Source: Malacoraja senta (lineage: Eukaryota). Taken from it: a DNA stretch of 64,000 nt. The number at the start of each line of letters is the position of its first letter. Position 1 is the stretch's first letter. Of this stretch, positions 10,296 to 23,453 are shown piece after piece. A program made the position numbers and the translations under genes. Below the pieces are notes generated by a model, which saw nothing but the letters and a program-made list of their open reading frames with translations, had not been told where the DNA came from and ran no database searches. The stretch is taken from contig JAXLNO010000061.1 in assembly GCA_038087875.1 (NCBI GenBank), positions 124,001 to 188,000 on the forward strand, given 5' to 3'.

Positions 10296-13072
10296 CAGAG
10301 GCCCGAGAGCCGTTGGAGAGGTCGCAGAGGGAGGAGCTACACCCGAGCGGTAGGGGATAAAGTGGAGCGCGGGGCTTGCTTGTTCCTTACAGAGGCTCGA
10401 GAGCCGTTGGAGCGGTCGCAGAGGGAGCAGCTACACCCAAGCGGTAGGGGATAAAGTGGCTTGCTTGTTCCTTACAGAGGCCCCAAAATCTGAAACGTTC
10501 CAAGTTCCACTTCAAAACCAAGTGGGCTTGAGGAAGCCGCTGATTGGTGGAAGCAGACAAGAGGGAGCAGCTGATTGGGAGTCAGATCCCTGCTGATTGT
10601 ACTGTATTGTAGCAGTTTGTTTTGTATTGTATCCAGGGTAAGGGGAGTATGAGGGCCAGGGCAGTTTACTGTTCTGGATGTCAGATGTATTGTATCCAGG
10701 GTAAGGGGAGTATGAGGCCCAGGGCAGTTTACTGTTCTGGATGTCAGATGTATTGTATCCTAGGTAAGGGGAGTATGAGGCCCAGGGCAGTTTACTGTTC
10801 TGGATGTCAGATGTATTGTATCCTAGGTAAGGGGAGTATGAGGCCCAGGGCAGTTTACTGTTCTGGATGTCAGATGTATTGTATCCAGGGTAAGGGGAGT
10901 ATGAGGGCCAGGGCAGTTTACTGTTCTGGATGTCAGATGTATTGTATCCAGGGTAAGGGGAGTATGAGGCCCAGGGCAGTTTACTGTTCTGGATGTCAGA
11001 TGTATTGTATCCTAGGTAAGGGGAGTATATGGGCCAGGGCAGTTTACTGTTCTGGATGTCAGATGTGGGAAGTCATGGAATCTGATAGCCCTCCAGACGT
11101 CCACATCTGCGCCAGGTGTATCGAGATGGGGCTCGTAATGGACCGTATTGGGAACCTGGAGCAGCAGCTCGATGACCTCCGTCTGGTCAGGGAGAGCGAG
11201 GAAGTCATTGAGAGGAGTTACAGGGAGGTGGTCACTCCAAGACCACAGGAGGCAGGCAAGTGGATCATGGTTGGGAGAGGCAAGGGGCACAGGCAGGGAC
11301 TAGAGAGTACCCCGGTGGCTGTACACCTTGACAATAAGTACTCCTGTTTGAGCACTGTTGGGGGGGACAGCCTACCTGGGGGTAGCGACAGCGGCCGGGC
11401 CTCCGGTATAGAGACCGGCCCTGTTGCTCAGAAGGGTAAGGAAAAGAAGAGGAGGGCAATACTAATAGGGGACTCTATAGTTAGGGGGTCAGACAGGCGA
11501 TTCTGTGGACGCAGTCGGGAGACCCGGATGGTAGTTTGCCTCCCTGTTGCCAGGGTCTGTGATGTGTCTCAACGAGTCCAAGATTTCCTGAAAGGGCAGG
11601 GAGAGGAGCCCGAGGTCGTGGTACATATAGGTACCAATGACATAGGTAAAAAAAGAGAAGAGGTCCTGAAAGGAGAATTTAGGGAGTTAGGAGGGGAGTT
11701 AAAGAGAAGGACAGCAAAGGAAACAATCTCGGGATTACTGCCTGTGCCACGCGACAGTGAGAGTACGAATGGAGCGAGGTGGAGGATAAATGCGTGGCTG
11801 AAGGACTGGTGCAGAAGGCAGGGATTCAAATTTCTGGATCATTGGGACCTCTTTTGTGGAAGGTTCGACCTGTACAAAAAGGATGGGTTGCACTTGAACC
11901 TGAGGGGGACCGATATCCTGGCGGGAAGATCTGCAAAGGCTACTGGGGAGACTTTAAACTAGAACGGTTGGGGGGAGGGACTCAAATAGAGAATGCTATT
12001 AGACAGTGTGTGAGGCAGGAGGCAGAGAAGGAAAGCACTCAGACCCAACATGTAGGGGGGAAATAAGAAAACAATAATAAACAGAGAATAAGAGGTGGTG
12101 GGGTTCTTAAATGGGTGAGCAGAGAAACAGAGGGGTGTAAAATGCGGGCGGAACCAATAGGTAGCAAGGTGAAAAGTAAACGTGGCATGCAGACAAATCC
12201 AGGGCAAAATTCAAAAAGGGCCACTTTTCAACATAATTGTATATGGGGTAAGAGCGTTGTAAAAACAAGCCTGAAGGCTTTGTGTCTCAATGCAAGGAGC
12301 ATTCGTAATAAGGTGGATGAGTTGAACGTGCAGATAGCAATTAATGATTATGATATAGTTGGGATCACGGAGACATGGCTCCAGGGTGACCAAGGCTGGG
12401 AGCTGAACATCCAGGGATATTCAATATTCAGGAGGGATAGAGAGAAAGGAAAAGGAGGTGGGGTAGCGTTGCTGGTTAGAGAGGAGAGTAACGCAGTGGA
12501 AAGGAAGGACATTAGCTTGGAGGATGTGGAATCGGTATGGGTAGAGCTGCGAAACACTAAGGGGCAGAAAACGCTGGTGGGTGTTGTGTACAGGCCACCT
12601 AGCAGTAGTAGTGAAGTTGGGGATGGCATCAAACAGGATATTAGAAATGCGTGCAACAAAGGCAAAACAGTTATAATGGGTGACTTCAATCTACATATAG
12701 ATTGGGTGAATCAAATTGGCAGGGGTGCTGAGGAAGAGGATTTCTTGGAATGTATGCAGGATAGTTATCTAAACCAACATGTAGATGAACCAACGAGAGA
12801 GTAGGCTATTCTAGACTGGGTATTGAGTAATGAGGAAGGGTTAGTTAGCAGTCTTGTTGTGCGTAAGAGTGGGCAACTTGGGCAAGAGTGACCATAATAT
12901 GGTTGAGTTCTTCATTAGGATGGAGAGTGACATTGTTAATTCAGAAACAACGGTTCTGAACTTAAAGAAAGGTAACTTTGAGGGTATGAGACGTGAATTG
13001 GCCAAGATTGACTGGCAATTAGTTCTAAAAGGGTTGATGGTGGATATGCAATGGAAGGCATTTAAAGACTGC
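10296..13072 (+). mobile_element. CR1 5' half: 5'UTR, intact ORF1 (zinc finger/leucine zipper + SGNH esterase) and ORF2 endonuclease
   Basis: ORF 10622-11962 has CxxC...CxxC, IGDSIVRG, VVHIGTND and DGLHLN. ORF2 12115-12804 has CLNARSI and GITETWL, then a stop. Duplicated 5'UTR unit at 10296-10480. Confidence 0.92.
10623..11063 (+). repeat. 63-bp tandem repeat x7 over the CR1 ORF1 start
   Basis: Unit tgtattgtatcc(ag/ta)ggtaaggggagtatgagg(g/c)ccagggcagtttactgttctggatgtcaga, in frame (21 aa). Confidence 0.95.
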
Positions 13073-16000
13073 AAGAATGAACAAAGGCAGTTAGAAGAAC
13101 GAATTAGACAATTGGATTTAGATAACGTTAAAGAGCCAACTATAGATAAACATAATAAAATAACAATATTGAAATTAAAAAAATTAAATAAAATATTATC
13201 AGCAAATGTCATAAGATTATTTCAAATTACAAAACAGGAACATTTTGAATTCGGGGATAAACCACACAAACCTTTGGCCCGACAACTGAAAAAACGGGAA
13301 AAAGATCATACGATTTTAAAGATTAAATCAGATAAAGGGGAATTGTTAACACTACCTAAGGATATTAATAAAAGAGTCGCTCAATTTTATCAAATCTTAT
13401 ATACATCTAAAGCGTTAGCAGATAGTACCAAAGTTATAGAGTTCTTGGATAATTGTAACCTCCCAAAAGGTAATTTGATTGAACAAGAGGAATTAGGTGC
13501 ACAAATCTCAACTAAGGAAAGAGAAGAAACAATAAATTCATTAAAGAATGGAAAAACACCCGGACCAGATGGTTTTAGTAATGAATTTTATAAAAAATTC
13601 TACGAGATAATTACACCACGGTTACATAAAATGTATACATATGCTTTTAAAGAACATACACTTCCAGAAACACTAGCGGAATCAACGATTACACTTATAC
13701 CTAGAAAAGGTAAAGATTTAGAAGATCCTGGTTCTTATAGAGCTATTGCGCTGTTAAATACAGATCAAAAAATATTAGCGAAAACATTAGCTAGAAGATT
13801 AAGTAAATATGTTAGTAAATTAATAAATCCACTCATATAAAACCGAAGAGCAAGACTTATCAATTATTTCATTGGTCGCAGAAAAAGTATTCGATCAAGT
13901 GGAATGGGATTACCTTGTTAAAGTATTGCAAAAATTTCAAATGGGAGAGAATTTTATCGCCTGGGTAAAATTACTATATGACAGGCCTACTGCCAGAATA
14001 TTAACTAATAATATGTTGTCCCAGAAATTTCAATTATCAAGGGGAAATAGACAGGGATGCTCATTATCACCTCTGCTATTTGCACTTGTAATAGAACTGT
14101 TAGCGGAAAGTACTAGAATACATCCGAACATCCATGGTTATAATACAAAATATTAAAATAATAAAATATCATTATATGCAGACGATGTACTATTATATAT
14201 TACAAAATCACAAATCAGTATACCAAATATATTAAATCTAATAGAGGATTTTGGATCCTTTTCAGGATATAGAATAAATTGGAATAAAAGTGAAAAGATG
14301 AAGTACGAGGGGTAGCTGGCCAGGAATATAAAGAAGGACAGTAAAAGCATCTTTATATATGTTAAGGGAAAAAGAGTAGCAAAGTCAAATGTGGGTCCCT
14401 TGAAGGCAGACACGGGTGAAATTATTATGGGCAACAATGAAATGGCAGAAGAGTTGAATAGGTACTTCGGATCTGTCTTCATTAAGGAAGACACAAACAA
14501 TCTCCCAGATGTACTGGAGGACAGAGGATCTAAGGGGGTAGAGGAACTGAATGAAATTTTCATTAGGCGAGAAATAGTTTTGGGTAGGGTAATGGGACTG
14601 AAGGATGATAAATCCCCTGTGCCTGTTGGTCTGCATCCCAGGGTCCTCAGCGTGGTGGCTCTAGAAATAGTGGACACATTGGTGATCATTTTCCAATGTT
14701 CAATAGATTCAGGATATTCCTTTGGATTGGAGGATAGCTAATGTTATCCCACTTTTCAAGAAAGGAGCGCGAGAGAAAACGGGGAATTATAGACCAGTTA
14801 GCCTGTCTTCGGTGGTGGGAAAGATGCTGGAGTCAATTATTAAAGAAGTAATAATGGGGCATTTGGATAGTAGCAAAAGGATTAGTCCAAGTCAACATGG
14901 ATTTATGAAAGGGAAATCATGCTTGACTAATCTTCTGGAATTTTTTGAGGATGTGACAAGTAAAATGGATGAAGGGTGCCAGTGGATGTAGTGTATCTAG
15001 ACTTTCAGAAAGCCTTTGATAAGGTCCCGCACGGGAGATTGGTGACTAAAGTTAGAGCACATGGTATTGGGGGTAGGGTGTTGACGTGGATAGAAAATAG
15101 GTTGGCAGACCGGAAGCAAAGATTAGGAGTGAACGGGTCCTTTTCAGAATGGCAGGCAGTGGCGAGTGGAGTGCCGCAAGGCTCGGTGTTGGGTCCGCAA
15201 CTGTTTCCCATATATATTAATGATTTGGAAGAGGGAATTAGGAGCAACACTAACAAGTTTGCAGATGACACAAAGCTGGGTGGCAGTGTGAGCTGTGAAG
15301 AGGATGTTAGGAGGATGCAGGGTGACCTGGACAGGTTGCGTGGCAGATGCAGTATAATATAGATAAATGTGAGGTTATCCACTTTGGCGGCAAAAACAAG
15401 GGGGCAGATTATTATCTCAATGGGGTTAGGTTAGGTAAGGGGGAGGTGCAGCGAGACCTGGGTGTCGTTGTACACCGGTCACTGAAAGTTGGTGTGCAGG
15501 TATAGCAGGCAGTGAAGAAAGCTAATGGAATGTTGGCCTTCATAACAAGAGGATTTCAGTATAGGAGTAAAGAGGTTCTTCTGCAGTTGTATAGGGCTCT
15601 GGTGAGACCACATCTGGAGTATTGTGTGCAGTTTTGGTCTCCTAATTTGAGGAAGGACATCCTTGTGATTGAGGCAGTGCAGCGTAGGTTCACGAGATTG
15701 ATCCGTGGGATGGCGGGACTGTCATATGAGGAAAGATTGAAAAGACTAGTCTTGTATTCACTGGAGTTTAGAAGGATGAGGGGGATCTTATAGAAACATA
15801 TAAAATTATAAAAGGACAGGACTAGCTAGATGCAGGAAAAATGTTCCCAATGTTGGGTGAGTCCAGAACCAGGGGCCACAGTCTTAGAATAAAGGGGAGG
15901 TCATTTAAGACTGAGGTGAGAACAAACTTTTTCACCCAGAGTGTTGTGAATTTATGGAATTCCCTGCCACAGAGGGCAGTGGAGGCCAAATCACCGGCTG

Positions 16001-16219
16001 GATTTAAGAGAGAGTTAGATAGAGCTCTAGGGGCTAGTGGAGTCAAGGGATATCAGGAGAAGGCAGGCACAGGTTATTGATAGGGGACGATCAGCCATGA
16101 TCATAATGAATGGTGGTGCTGGCTCTAAGGGCCGAATGGCCTCCTCCTGCACCTATTTTCTATGTTTCTATGTTTCTATGTTTCTATGTTTCTTTGACCT
16201 CATTAAAACATACCGAATA

Positions 16220-17045
16220 ATAGTAATAATAATAGATTTTATTTTAAGGGCGCCTAATACCGAGGTCTCTAGGACACCTTACAATTTAAGAAACATATAA
16301 ACATATAAACATATAATCAGAGTAAAACAAGTTACAAAGACATCACAAATACACAAATTAAAAACAGAAATTCGATCCAAAAAAAGACAACAACAAAATT
16401 CAGAAAACACAACATGAAGGGAGAGCAGCGGCAGCCAAACCGCGCCAGCGTACACTCTCCCTTCCGCCCGCCATGTTGGACATAGACTAACACAGACTAA
16501 CACAGACACTTAACACTACACACAAAATCATCCCCCCACAATGGTTACCACTGTGGGGGAAGGCACAATGTCCAGTCCCCAACCCAGTTCTCACCAGAGT
16601 CAGGCCCATCGAGGCCGCCACAGTTGCCTCTACGGAGGCCCGATGTTCCTGGCCGTCGGGAGAGTCCTCGCAGCTGCTGGAACGGCCGGTTTCCCAGCGG
16701 AGTCGATGGCACCTGAAGCCGACAGGGCCGTGCCGAGTTGGAGCCACGAGGCTCCCGATGTTAAAATCGGCGCCGCCGCCCACCGCTGGTCGCTCCGCAG
16801 ACCCGCAGCCCGGAGGTGTTGGTCTCGGCGGTCACCGCATACCGGAGCTCCACCGCGTCGACCCAGCGCGGCGACCCAGGGAAGGCATCGCCCGCTACGC
16901 TCCCCGATAGCGCTCCAGCGCTGTGCTGCCGACCGAAGCTGAAGGTGCTAGGCGGTCCCCGTCAGGAAACGGCGCTCCATGCCCGCTGGTAAGCCACGAG
17001 GACGGGTCGACGAGGCAGCCTGGAGGAAAAGCTGCCTCACCGACC
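16220..17045 (-). mobile_element. GC-rich SINE-like element (same family as 50-860)
   Basis: Homology to 209-265 and 700-790; flanked by gaata direct repeats inside the old CR1. Confidence 0.6.
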
Positions 17046-17469
17046 AGAATAGTGAAAGGCCTACATAGAATGGATGTGGGAAAGATGTTTCCACTATTGG
17101 GAGAGTCTAGGACCAGAGGCCATGACCCCAGAATAAAAGGACATGCCTTTGGAAAGGAAATGAAGAGGAATTTCTTTAGTCAGAGGGTGGTGAATCTGTG
17201 GAAGTCATTGCCACAGATGGCCGTGGAGGCCGTTACTGTATATTTTTAAGGTGGAGAATGACAGATGTTTAATTAGCAAGTATGTCAAGGGTTAAAGGGA
17301 GAAGGCAGGAGAAATGGATTAATAAATAAAGATATATCAGCCATGATTGGATGGCAAAGCAGACTCAATGGGGTGAATGGCCAAATGCTGTGATATGAGG
17401 TTATGATCTTATTCATTCAACATTTCCGGACATTATTAATAGCTCAGACGTAATGTTGTCGAATATGTA

Positions 17470-18199
17470 TGGTGGCCGATTAGGAAAAGGGGAGATGCAA
17501 CGAGACCTGGCTGTCATGGTACACCAGTCATTAAAAGTAGGCATGCAGGTGCAGCAGGCAGTGAAGAAGGCGAATGGTATGTTAGCATTCATAGCAAAAG
17601 GATTTGAGTATAGGAGCAGGGAGGTTCTACTGCAGTTGTACAGGGTCTTGGTGAGACCACACCTGGAGTATTGCGTACAGTTTTGGTCTCCTAATCTGAG
17701 GAAAGACATTCTTGCCATAGAGGGAGTACAGAGAAGGTTCACCAGACGGATTCCTGGGATGTCAGGACTTTCATATGAAGAAAGACTGGATAGACTCGGT
17801 TTGTACTCGCTAGAATTTAGAAGATTGAGGGGGGATCTTATAGAAACGTACAAAATTCTTAAGGGGTTGGACAGGCTAGATGCAGGAAGATTGTTCCCGA
17901 TGTTGGGTAAGTCCAGAACAAGGGTCACAGTTTAAGGATAAGGGGGAAATCTTTTAGGACTGAGATAAGGAAAACATTTTTCACACAGAGAGTGGTGAAT
18001 CTCTGGAATTCTCTGCCACAGAAGGTAGTTGAGGCCAGTTCATTGGCTATATTTAAGAGAGATGTGGCCCTTGTGGCTAAAGGGATCAGGGGGTATGGAG
18101 AGAAAGCATGTACAGGATACTGAGTTGGATGATCAGCCATGATCATATCGAAGGGCCGAATGGCCTACTCCTGCACCTATTTTCTATGTTTCTATGTTT
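17470..18199 (+). mobile_element. Young CR1 3' fragment
   Basis: ORF2 C-terminus (ORF 17453-17935, then a frameshift) and ttctatgt tail. Confidence 0.9.
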
Positions 18200-18654
18200 C
18201 ACCCTTGCACCTGACGAGCAATGGCTCAGAACATGCAAACCTTCAACTGAACAGGCTGAATGGAATGGAACTTCCCATCCCATTCCTATGAGCCTCCAGA
18301 GAGGTGCAGTCAACGGACAGCAAATGACATTGGGACCCGGTCAGTTGCCGCTAGATGAATTTCTGGAAATTAAGAACGGTTAAGAAAGCTGAAGGTAGCT
18401 AAAACTCACTTTAAGAGAGGCAATAAATATATTTAGGAAGTGTTTGTAAAATATAGCTAGCTGGAGATAAAGTAAAACTCTGACTCATGAAGGCTAATAT
18501 GTCGTAAGCCTTTTAAACCATCTTATCTACCTGTGATGCAATTTTCAAGGAAAATGCACTCCTGGATCGCTCTGCTTAATTACACTCTCCTGAGCCCTAC
18601 CATTCACTGTCTACCTACCATTCACTGTGAATGTTGTGGCCTTGCTAAACTTCC

Positions 18655-18860
18655 TGTAGATTGGTTACTTCACTTACCAACCAATGTTGTGCTTTATTAT
18701 TAGAAGCTCTGCCTACTGCACCGTTCATATTATTGTAACCCAACTCGTGCTGGCAGTCTACGCTGCTACACGGCTGAAGCAACATGCTGTAGTGTATTAT
18801 AAGTGCCTTTCAATAAATACTGTTGTACCATGTTCGTGAGTATGACTGGGTCATTTGACA
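18655..18860 (+). repeat. Gypsy 5' LTR (206 bp)
   Basis: tgtagattgg...catttgaca, contains aataaa; repeated at 30814-30868 + 34653-34789. Confidence 0.92.
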
Positions 18861-18876
18861 TGGTGTCAAGAAGTGG
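18861..18876 (+). promoter_or_regulatory. Primer-binding site, tRNA-Leu type
   Basis: tggtgtcaagaagtgg directly after the LTR; approximates the complement of the tRNA-Leu 3' end (TGGTGTCAGAAGTGG) with one extra a. Confidence 0.8.
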
Positions 18877-21210
18877 TTGGTAACCCACTCCATGTTTAAG
18901 TATATCGGGTTTTATTTTGTCCCCTGTATTTTGTTTTTACCCATTCACTCGCGCTGCCATAGGCAGCTCACTTTGCCGGCCAGACCCTTTGGATCTTTGA
19001 CTCGGACATCGCTGAACGTTGGCGCATTTTTGAGCGCGATTACAACATTACATTTGTGCTGCTCATCGCAATGCTGCACCAGAACAACGTGCCTCTACAC
19101 TACTCAACGTCGCTGGCCCTGAAGCAATGAAGCGTGCAGAGCGTTGCGACTACGCGCCTGCAGTTCTGGATCACAACAACCAGATTGTGGTACCTGCTGA
19201 AACTATTGATAATCCTGCGGTCCTACTCACTAAGTTCCGACAGCTGTGTGGCCTTCGTGTCATCTCCATACTTGAACGTACTAAGTTTTTTGCTCATTAC
19301 CAACAGCAATGTGAGCTCGTAGAAAACTACATTAGTGATCTGAAACACATTGCTGCACGCTGCCGTTTTGGGAATCTGTGTGATGAACTCATCCGCGACA
19401 GACTGGTGAAACGCCTGCTTAGCGATAAGGTGCAAGATGAATTACTCCGCGATACTGAACTGACCGTGGCCCGAGCTGAACATGCTTGTAGGATTGCTGA
19501 ACTAACAGTTTCTCACACAAAGTCATTGGGCCCTAGGCCACATTCCTTGTACAGTGTCGATGCCACCGACACCTCCTATCATAACTGGCATTCACAACCC
19601 CACACGCCATCTCCACAGCCTCAGAGATTTATCGAACGGTGCTCTAACTGTGACGGCTCCCACGTTCCAGGTCGCGACCCCTGCGTTGCTTTAGGAAAAA
19701 TTTGCCACTATTGCAAGAAAATGAATCGCTTCATGAAATGGCTCGCTCGCTCCCAAGGCAGCCTGTGCACCTGTTAAAACATGAAACTACTGATAACGGG
19801 TACCAGGAGCTGGAGCCTTCTCCTGTTCGACTCCCAGAGCATGTAGATAACAGTCTAACATCAACTCGCTGATAGCTTCTACTAACAAGCAACTTGACCC
19901 TGAAGTTTCCCTGTTCATCAACAAGAGTGTCACTGTTGCAAAGTTCGACACTGGTGCCAAGTGTAATGTCATGTCATTATCTGAATTTAACCGAATCCGT
20001 AATGGCGAACGTATTGCAAACACTTCGGCCAGTTTGCTAGCCTACGGGGAGGGGAGCTGCTCCCACTTGGAGAAACTGAACTGAATTGCCGCCTGGAGTC
20101 ACAAGCTCGCAAACTGAAGTTTTACATTGTCCGTGGGAAAGATGCAACTGCTTGGCATTAACGCATGCCAGGATCAAGGACTGGTTACCTTTGGGCCTGC
20201 TGTCCATCAAATATCTCCCGTTGGGGTTCTACCCAGCAGATACTTTCACAATACAAAGAACAATTTGACGATAAGCTTGGAAAGCTGCCTATCAAATACT
20301 ACATCGCCACTGATCCATATGTCTTACCTGTGGTCCGAGCACCACACCACATTCCTCCTGCTATGCGCGACAGAGTATACAACAGAGTATACAACAGTGC
20401 GACAGAGAGTCCCTGGTTGTCATTGCCCCGGTTACCGACCCATCCGACTGGGTTTCCACCATGGTGGTTGCAACAAAGAAGAATAAGGAAGAAATCCAAA
20501 TCTGCATCAACCCCAGAGACCTGAACACAGCGATCAGATGCCCACACTACCCGATGCATACAGTAGAGGAAGTTGCTGCTCAGAGAGGCAGTACATCCAT
20601 GTTTCTTGTTCTGGTGCCAAAAGTTCATTCTGGCAGATCCCGCTGGATCCTGACTCGTCCAATCTCACCACTCTCGACACCCCCTTTGGCCGCTATAAAT
20701 TTCTGCAGATGCCCTTTGGCATGAACTCTGCTAGTGAGGTATTCCAACGCACAATGGAACCATTATTTGTGGGTTATCTGTGCGCCATCATTGTCGATGA
20801 TATTCTCTTTGCCTGACACAACATGGCTGAACGTGATGCCACCTTTAAAAAGTACTAGACCATGCTAAAGACATCCATCTCAATCTCAACCCTCTAAAAT
20901 GCAGATTTCATGTCAAGGAGGTCAACTATGTTGGACACGTATTCACCAGTGATGGACTCAGACTGGACCCATCCAAGACCACTGCCATCAATGAGATGCC
21001 AGCTTCCACTGATGTTACGAGTTCACAGAGATTCCTGGGAATGGTCAACTACTTGGGGAAATTCATTCCCAACCTCAGCGAAATATCTTCTCCCCTGCGA
21101 CAACTGACTCACAGGGACACTGCCTGCAGTGGCGGACTGGCCAGGGTGTCAGCTTGCCCGATGGCAAGTGGGCTCCTGAGGAATTGGGCCCCTATCTATC
21201 TATCTATCTA

Positions 21211-21222
21211 TCTATATTTAAA

Positions 21223-21264
<42 letters not shown>

Positions 21265-23290
21265 TGTCTTGTGGCTGCCAGCCTTTGATTCCTTGCTACG
21301 CCAACACCACACGCAGAAACGCCGAGATTTTTTCATTTCGGTAGAGATTTCACTTTTCATTCCAAGTAGCCACTCCTGATTAAATTTCGTCGTGTTTATG
21401 TACACATTTTAAAATAAAATCTTTCTCTCCCCCACCCCCAAAATTTCAAATTGTTAAAAAAAAACAGAACTCACCCATATAATGTTGGTGAACGTTCCAT
21501 CGTGTGATGTCACAATGCCCAATGCTCACAGATGTCCAATCGGAATGGATCCATTCACATATGCCTTTGCAGCAGCCCCAGCCCCTCCCCCCACCCCCGC
21601 AGCCTGTGTCGAAGCGCGTCATCACGTGTGTGGGAAATAGTGAGGGATGGGAGAGTGGAAGGGGAGGGGTAGGGACAGTGGACTGTCCCTACCCCTCCCC
21701 CTTCCACTCTCCCTCCCCACTATTCCCCTCACTCCCCCCACCCCTCTCCCCCTCCCTCCACACTCTACCACCTCCCTCCCCCTACCCCATCTCCCTCCAC
21801 CCCCCCTCCCGCCACACTTCTCTCCCCTCCTCCCCTTCCTGTACCCCTCTCTCCCTCTTCCACCACTCCCCCCTACACGTCTCCCACTCCCTCCCAATTC
21901 TTCCACTTATCTCCCCATCCCTCCCCATCTCCCTCCCCACCCCTCTCCCCCCCTCCCTCCCTTCCATCTCCCTCCCCAATCTTCCCCCTCTCTCCGCTCT
22001 CCCCCTCCCTCTACACTCTGCCCCCTCTCTCCTCACCACTCTCCCTCCTCCCCTCCCACCCCCTCTCTTCCCCCTCCACCACCCCTCTTCACCCCCATCT
22101 CCCCCCCACCGCCTTCCCCTCTCTCTTGCACCACTCTCCGCTACCCTCCCCCTCACTCTCCACTCTTCTCCTCGCCCTCCCCACCTCTCTCCCTCCCTCT
22201 CCCTCTCTCCCCCCCTCTCTTCCTCCTACTCCTCTCTCGCCTTCCCCTCATCCCCTATCTCCACCTCTAACATCCCCTCCCCCCTCTCCCACCCCCCTAC
22301 CACTCTCCCCCCTTCCTGCCCTCCCCGCTCTCCTTCCACTCCCCACTCTCGTCCCCCTCCCTCTCTCCCACCTTGCTCTCCTCTCCCTCCCCAATCTCTC
22401 CCCTTTCCTCCTCCCCCTCTCCCCTCTCTCACCCTCTCCCCTCCATCCCCTCTTCTCTCCCCACCCCGTCTCCCTCTCGCCCCCACCCACCCCCTCCCCT
22501 CTTCTCTCCCCACCCCATCACCCTCTCTCCCCTCCCTCCTCCCCCCGCCTGTGTGTTTGGTGTGAGTGTGATGCCGCAGCCCCCAGCGCTCCCCCCGCAA
22601 ACGCGCGTTGGGGAAATAGCCCGCCAACAGTCTCTCTGTCTTTAAGAAGGAATTGCAGATGCTGGAAAATCGAAGGTACACAAAAAAAAGCTGGAGAAAC
22701 TCAGAGGGTGCAGCAGCATCTATGGATCGAAGGAAATAGGCAATGTTTCGGGCCGAAACCCGTCTGAAGATGGGTTTCGGCCCAAAGCGTTGCCTATTTC
22801 CTTCGCTCCATAGATGCTGCTGCACCCGCTGAGTTTCTCAAGCTTTTTTTAGTGTACCAGTCTCTCTGTCTCTCCCCTCTCTCTCTCTCTCTCTCTCTCT
22901 CTGCCCTTCTCTCTTCACAGCCCGCGGCTTGACTCATGCACGCCTGCTCCAACCCCCCACCCTTCACCTCTCTCCCCCATCCTCTCCTTCCTCTCTCCCC
23001 CCTCCCCTCTCCCCCTCCTCTCCCCCTTCCTCTCCATCCTCCTCCTCCCCCTCACAATTTTTTTTTCTAACATTAAATTTTCTCTCTCTTCCCTCCCCCC
23101 CCTCTAGATGCACCTGAGAGGTGAGGGCTATTCGTCAGTGGATAGGGTGGAGATGGGATAAAAGAAGCCAATTAATAAAATGAAGATAATATCAAGGGGT
23201 GTGATGAGTGTGTGTGTTTGTGGGTGCCAGATTCCCACCCCGCAACCGTGCTTTGGAGGAACAGACCCAACGGGTCTGCACTTGGGGTAG
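21211..23290 (+). mobile_element. Non-autonomous Helitron, copy 1
   Basis: 5' a|TCTATATTTAAAACTC; 3' hairpin cagaccc-aac-gggtctg (23262-23278) ending 12 nt before the terminus, which is GTAG (canonical CTAG). Internal microsatellites and polypyrimidine tracts. Confidence 0.75.
21686..22550 (+). repeat. C-rich polypyrimidine low-complexity tract
   Basis: Almost purely C/T; source of the spurious Pro-rich and Gly/Arg/Glu-rich ORFs. Similar tracts at 22960-23105, 23890-24371 and 60460-60685. Confidence 0.9.
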
Positions 23291-23308
23291 TCTATATTTA
23301 AAACTCTC

Positions 23309-23347
<39 letters not shown>

Positions 23348-23362
23348 GCCTGTCTGCCTGCC

Positions 23363-23453
<91 letters not shown>

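Larger units (their letters stand above)
9870..14290 (+). mobile_element. L1/Tx1-clade LINE ORF2 relic in two pieces (9870-10295 endonuclease N-terminus; 13073-14290 linker + RT)
   Basis: AT-rich. SNIRG...DIIFLQETHL; KTPGPDGFSNEFYK, YRAIALLNTDQKILAK, RQGCSLSPLLF, YADD (tatgcagacgat), GYRINWNKS. Frameshifted. Confidence 0.85.
8190..16195 (+). mobile_element. 5'-truncated CR1 (ORF1 end, APE endonuclease, RT) in pieces 8190-8857, 9309-9868, 14293-16195
   Basis: YMNARSI...GITETWL, SDHN, QHGFMKGKSCLTNL, VPQGSVLGP, FADDTK, (ttctatgt)n tail. Collinear with the copy at 35815-39372. Confidence 0.9.
6226..17410 (+). mobile_element. Old CR1 ORF2 relic in pieces (6226-6780, 7393-8189, 16196-16219, 17046-17410), host of nested insertions
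   Basis: RT motifs continue across the inserts (QHGFVKG, FADDIKIGG, ...GDL|IKTYRI|VKGL). TSD gacct at 8185-8189 and 16196-16200 flanks the younger CR1. Confidence 0.75.

Noticed and set aside
10623..11063. CRISPR-like regular repeat
   Set aside because: Contiguous tandem units with no unique spacers, no cas genes, eukaryotic LINE context.
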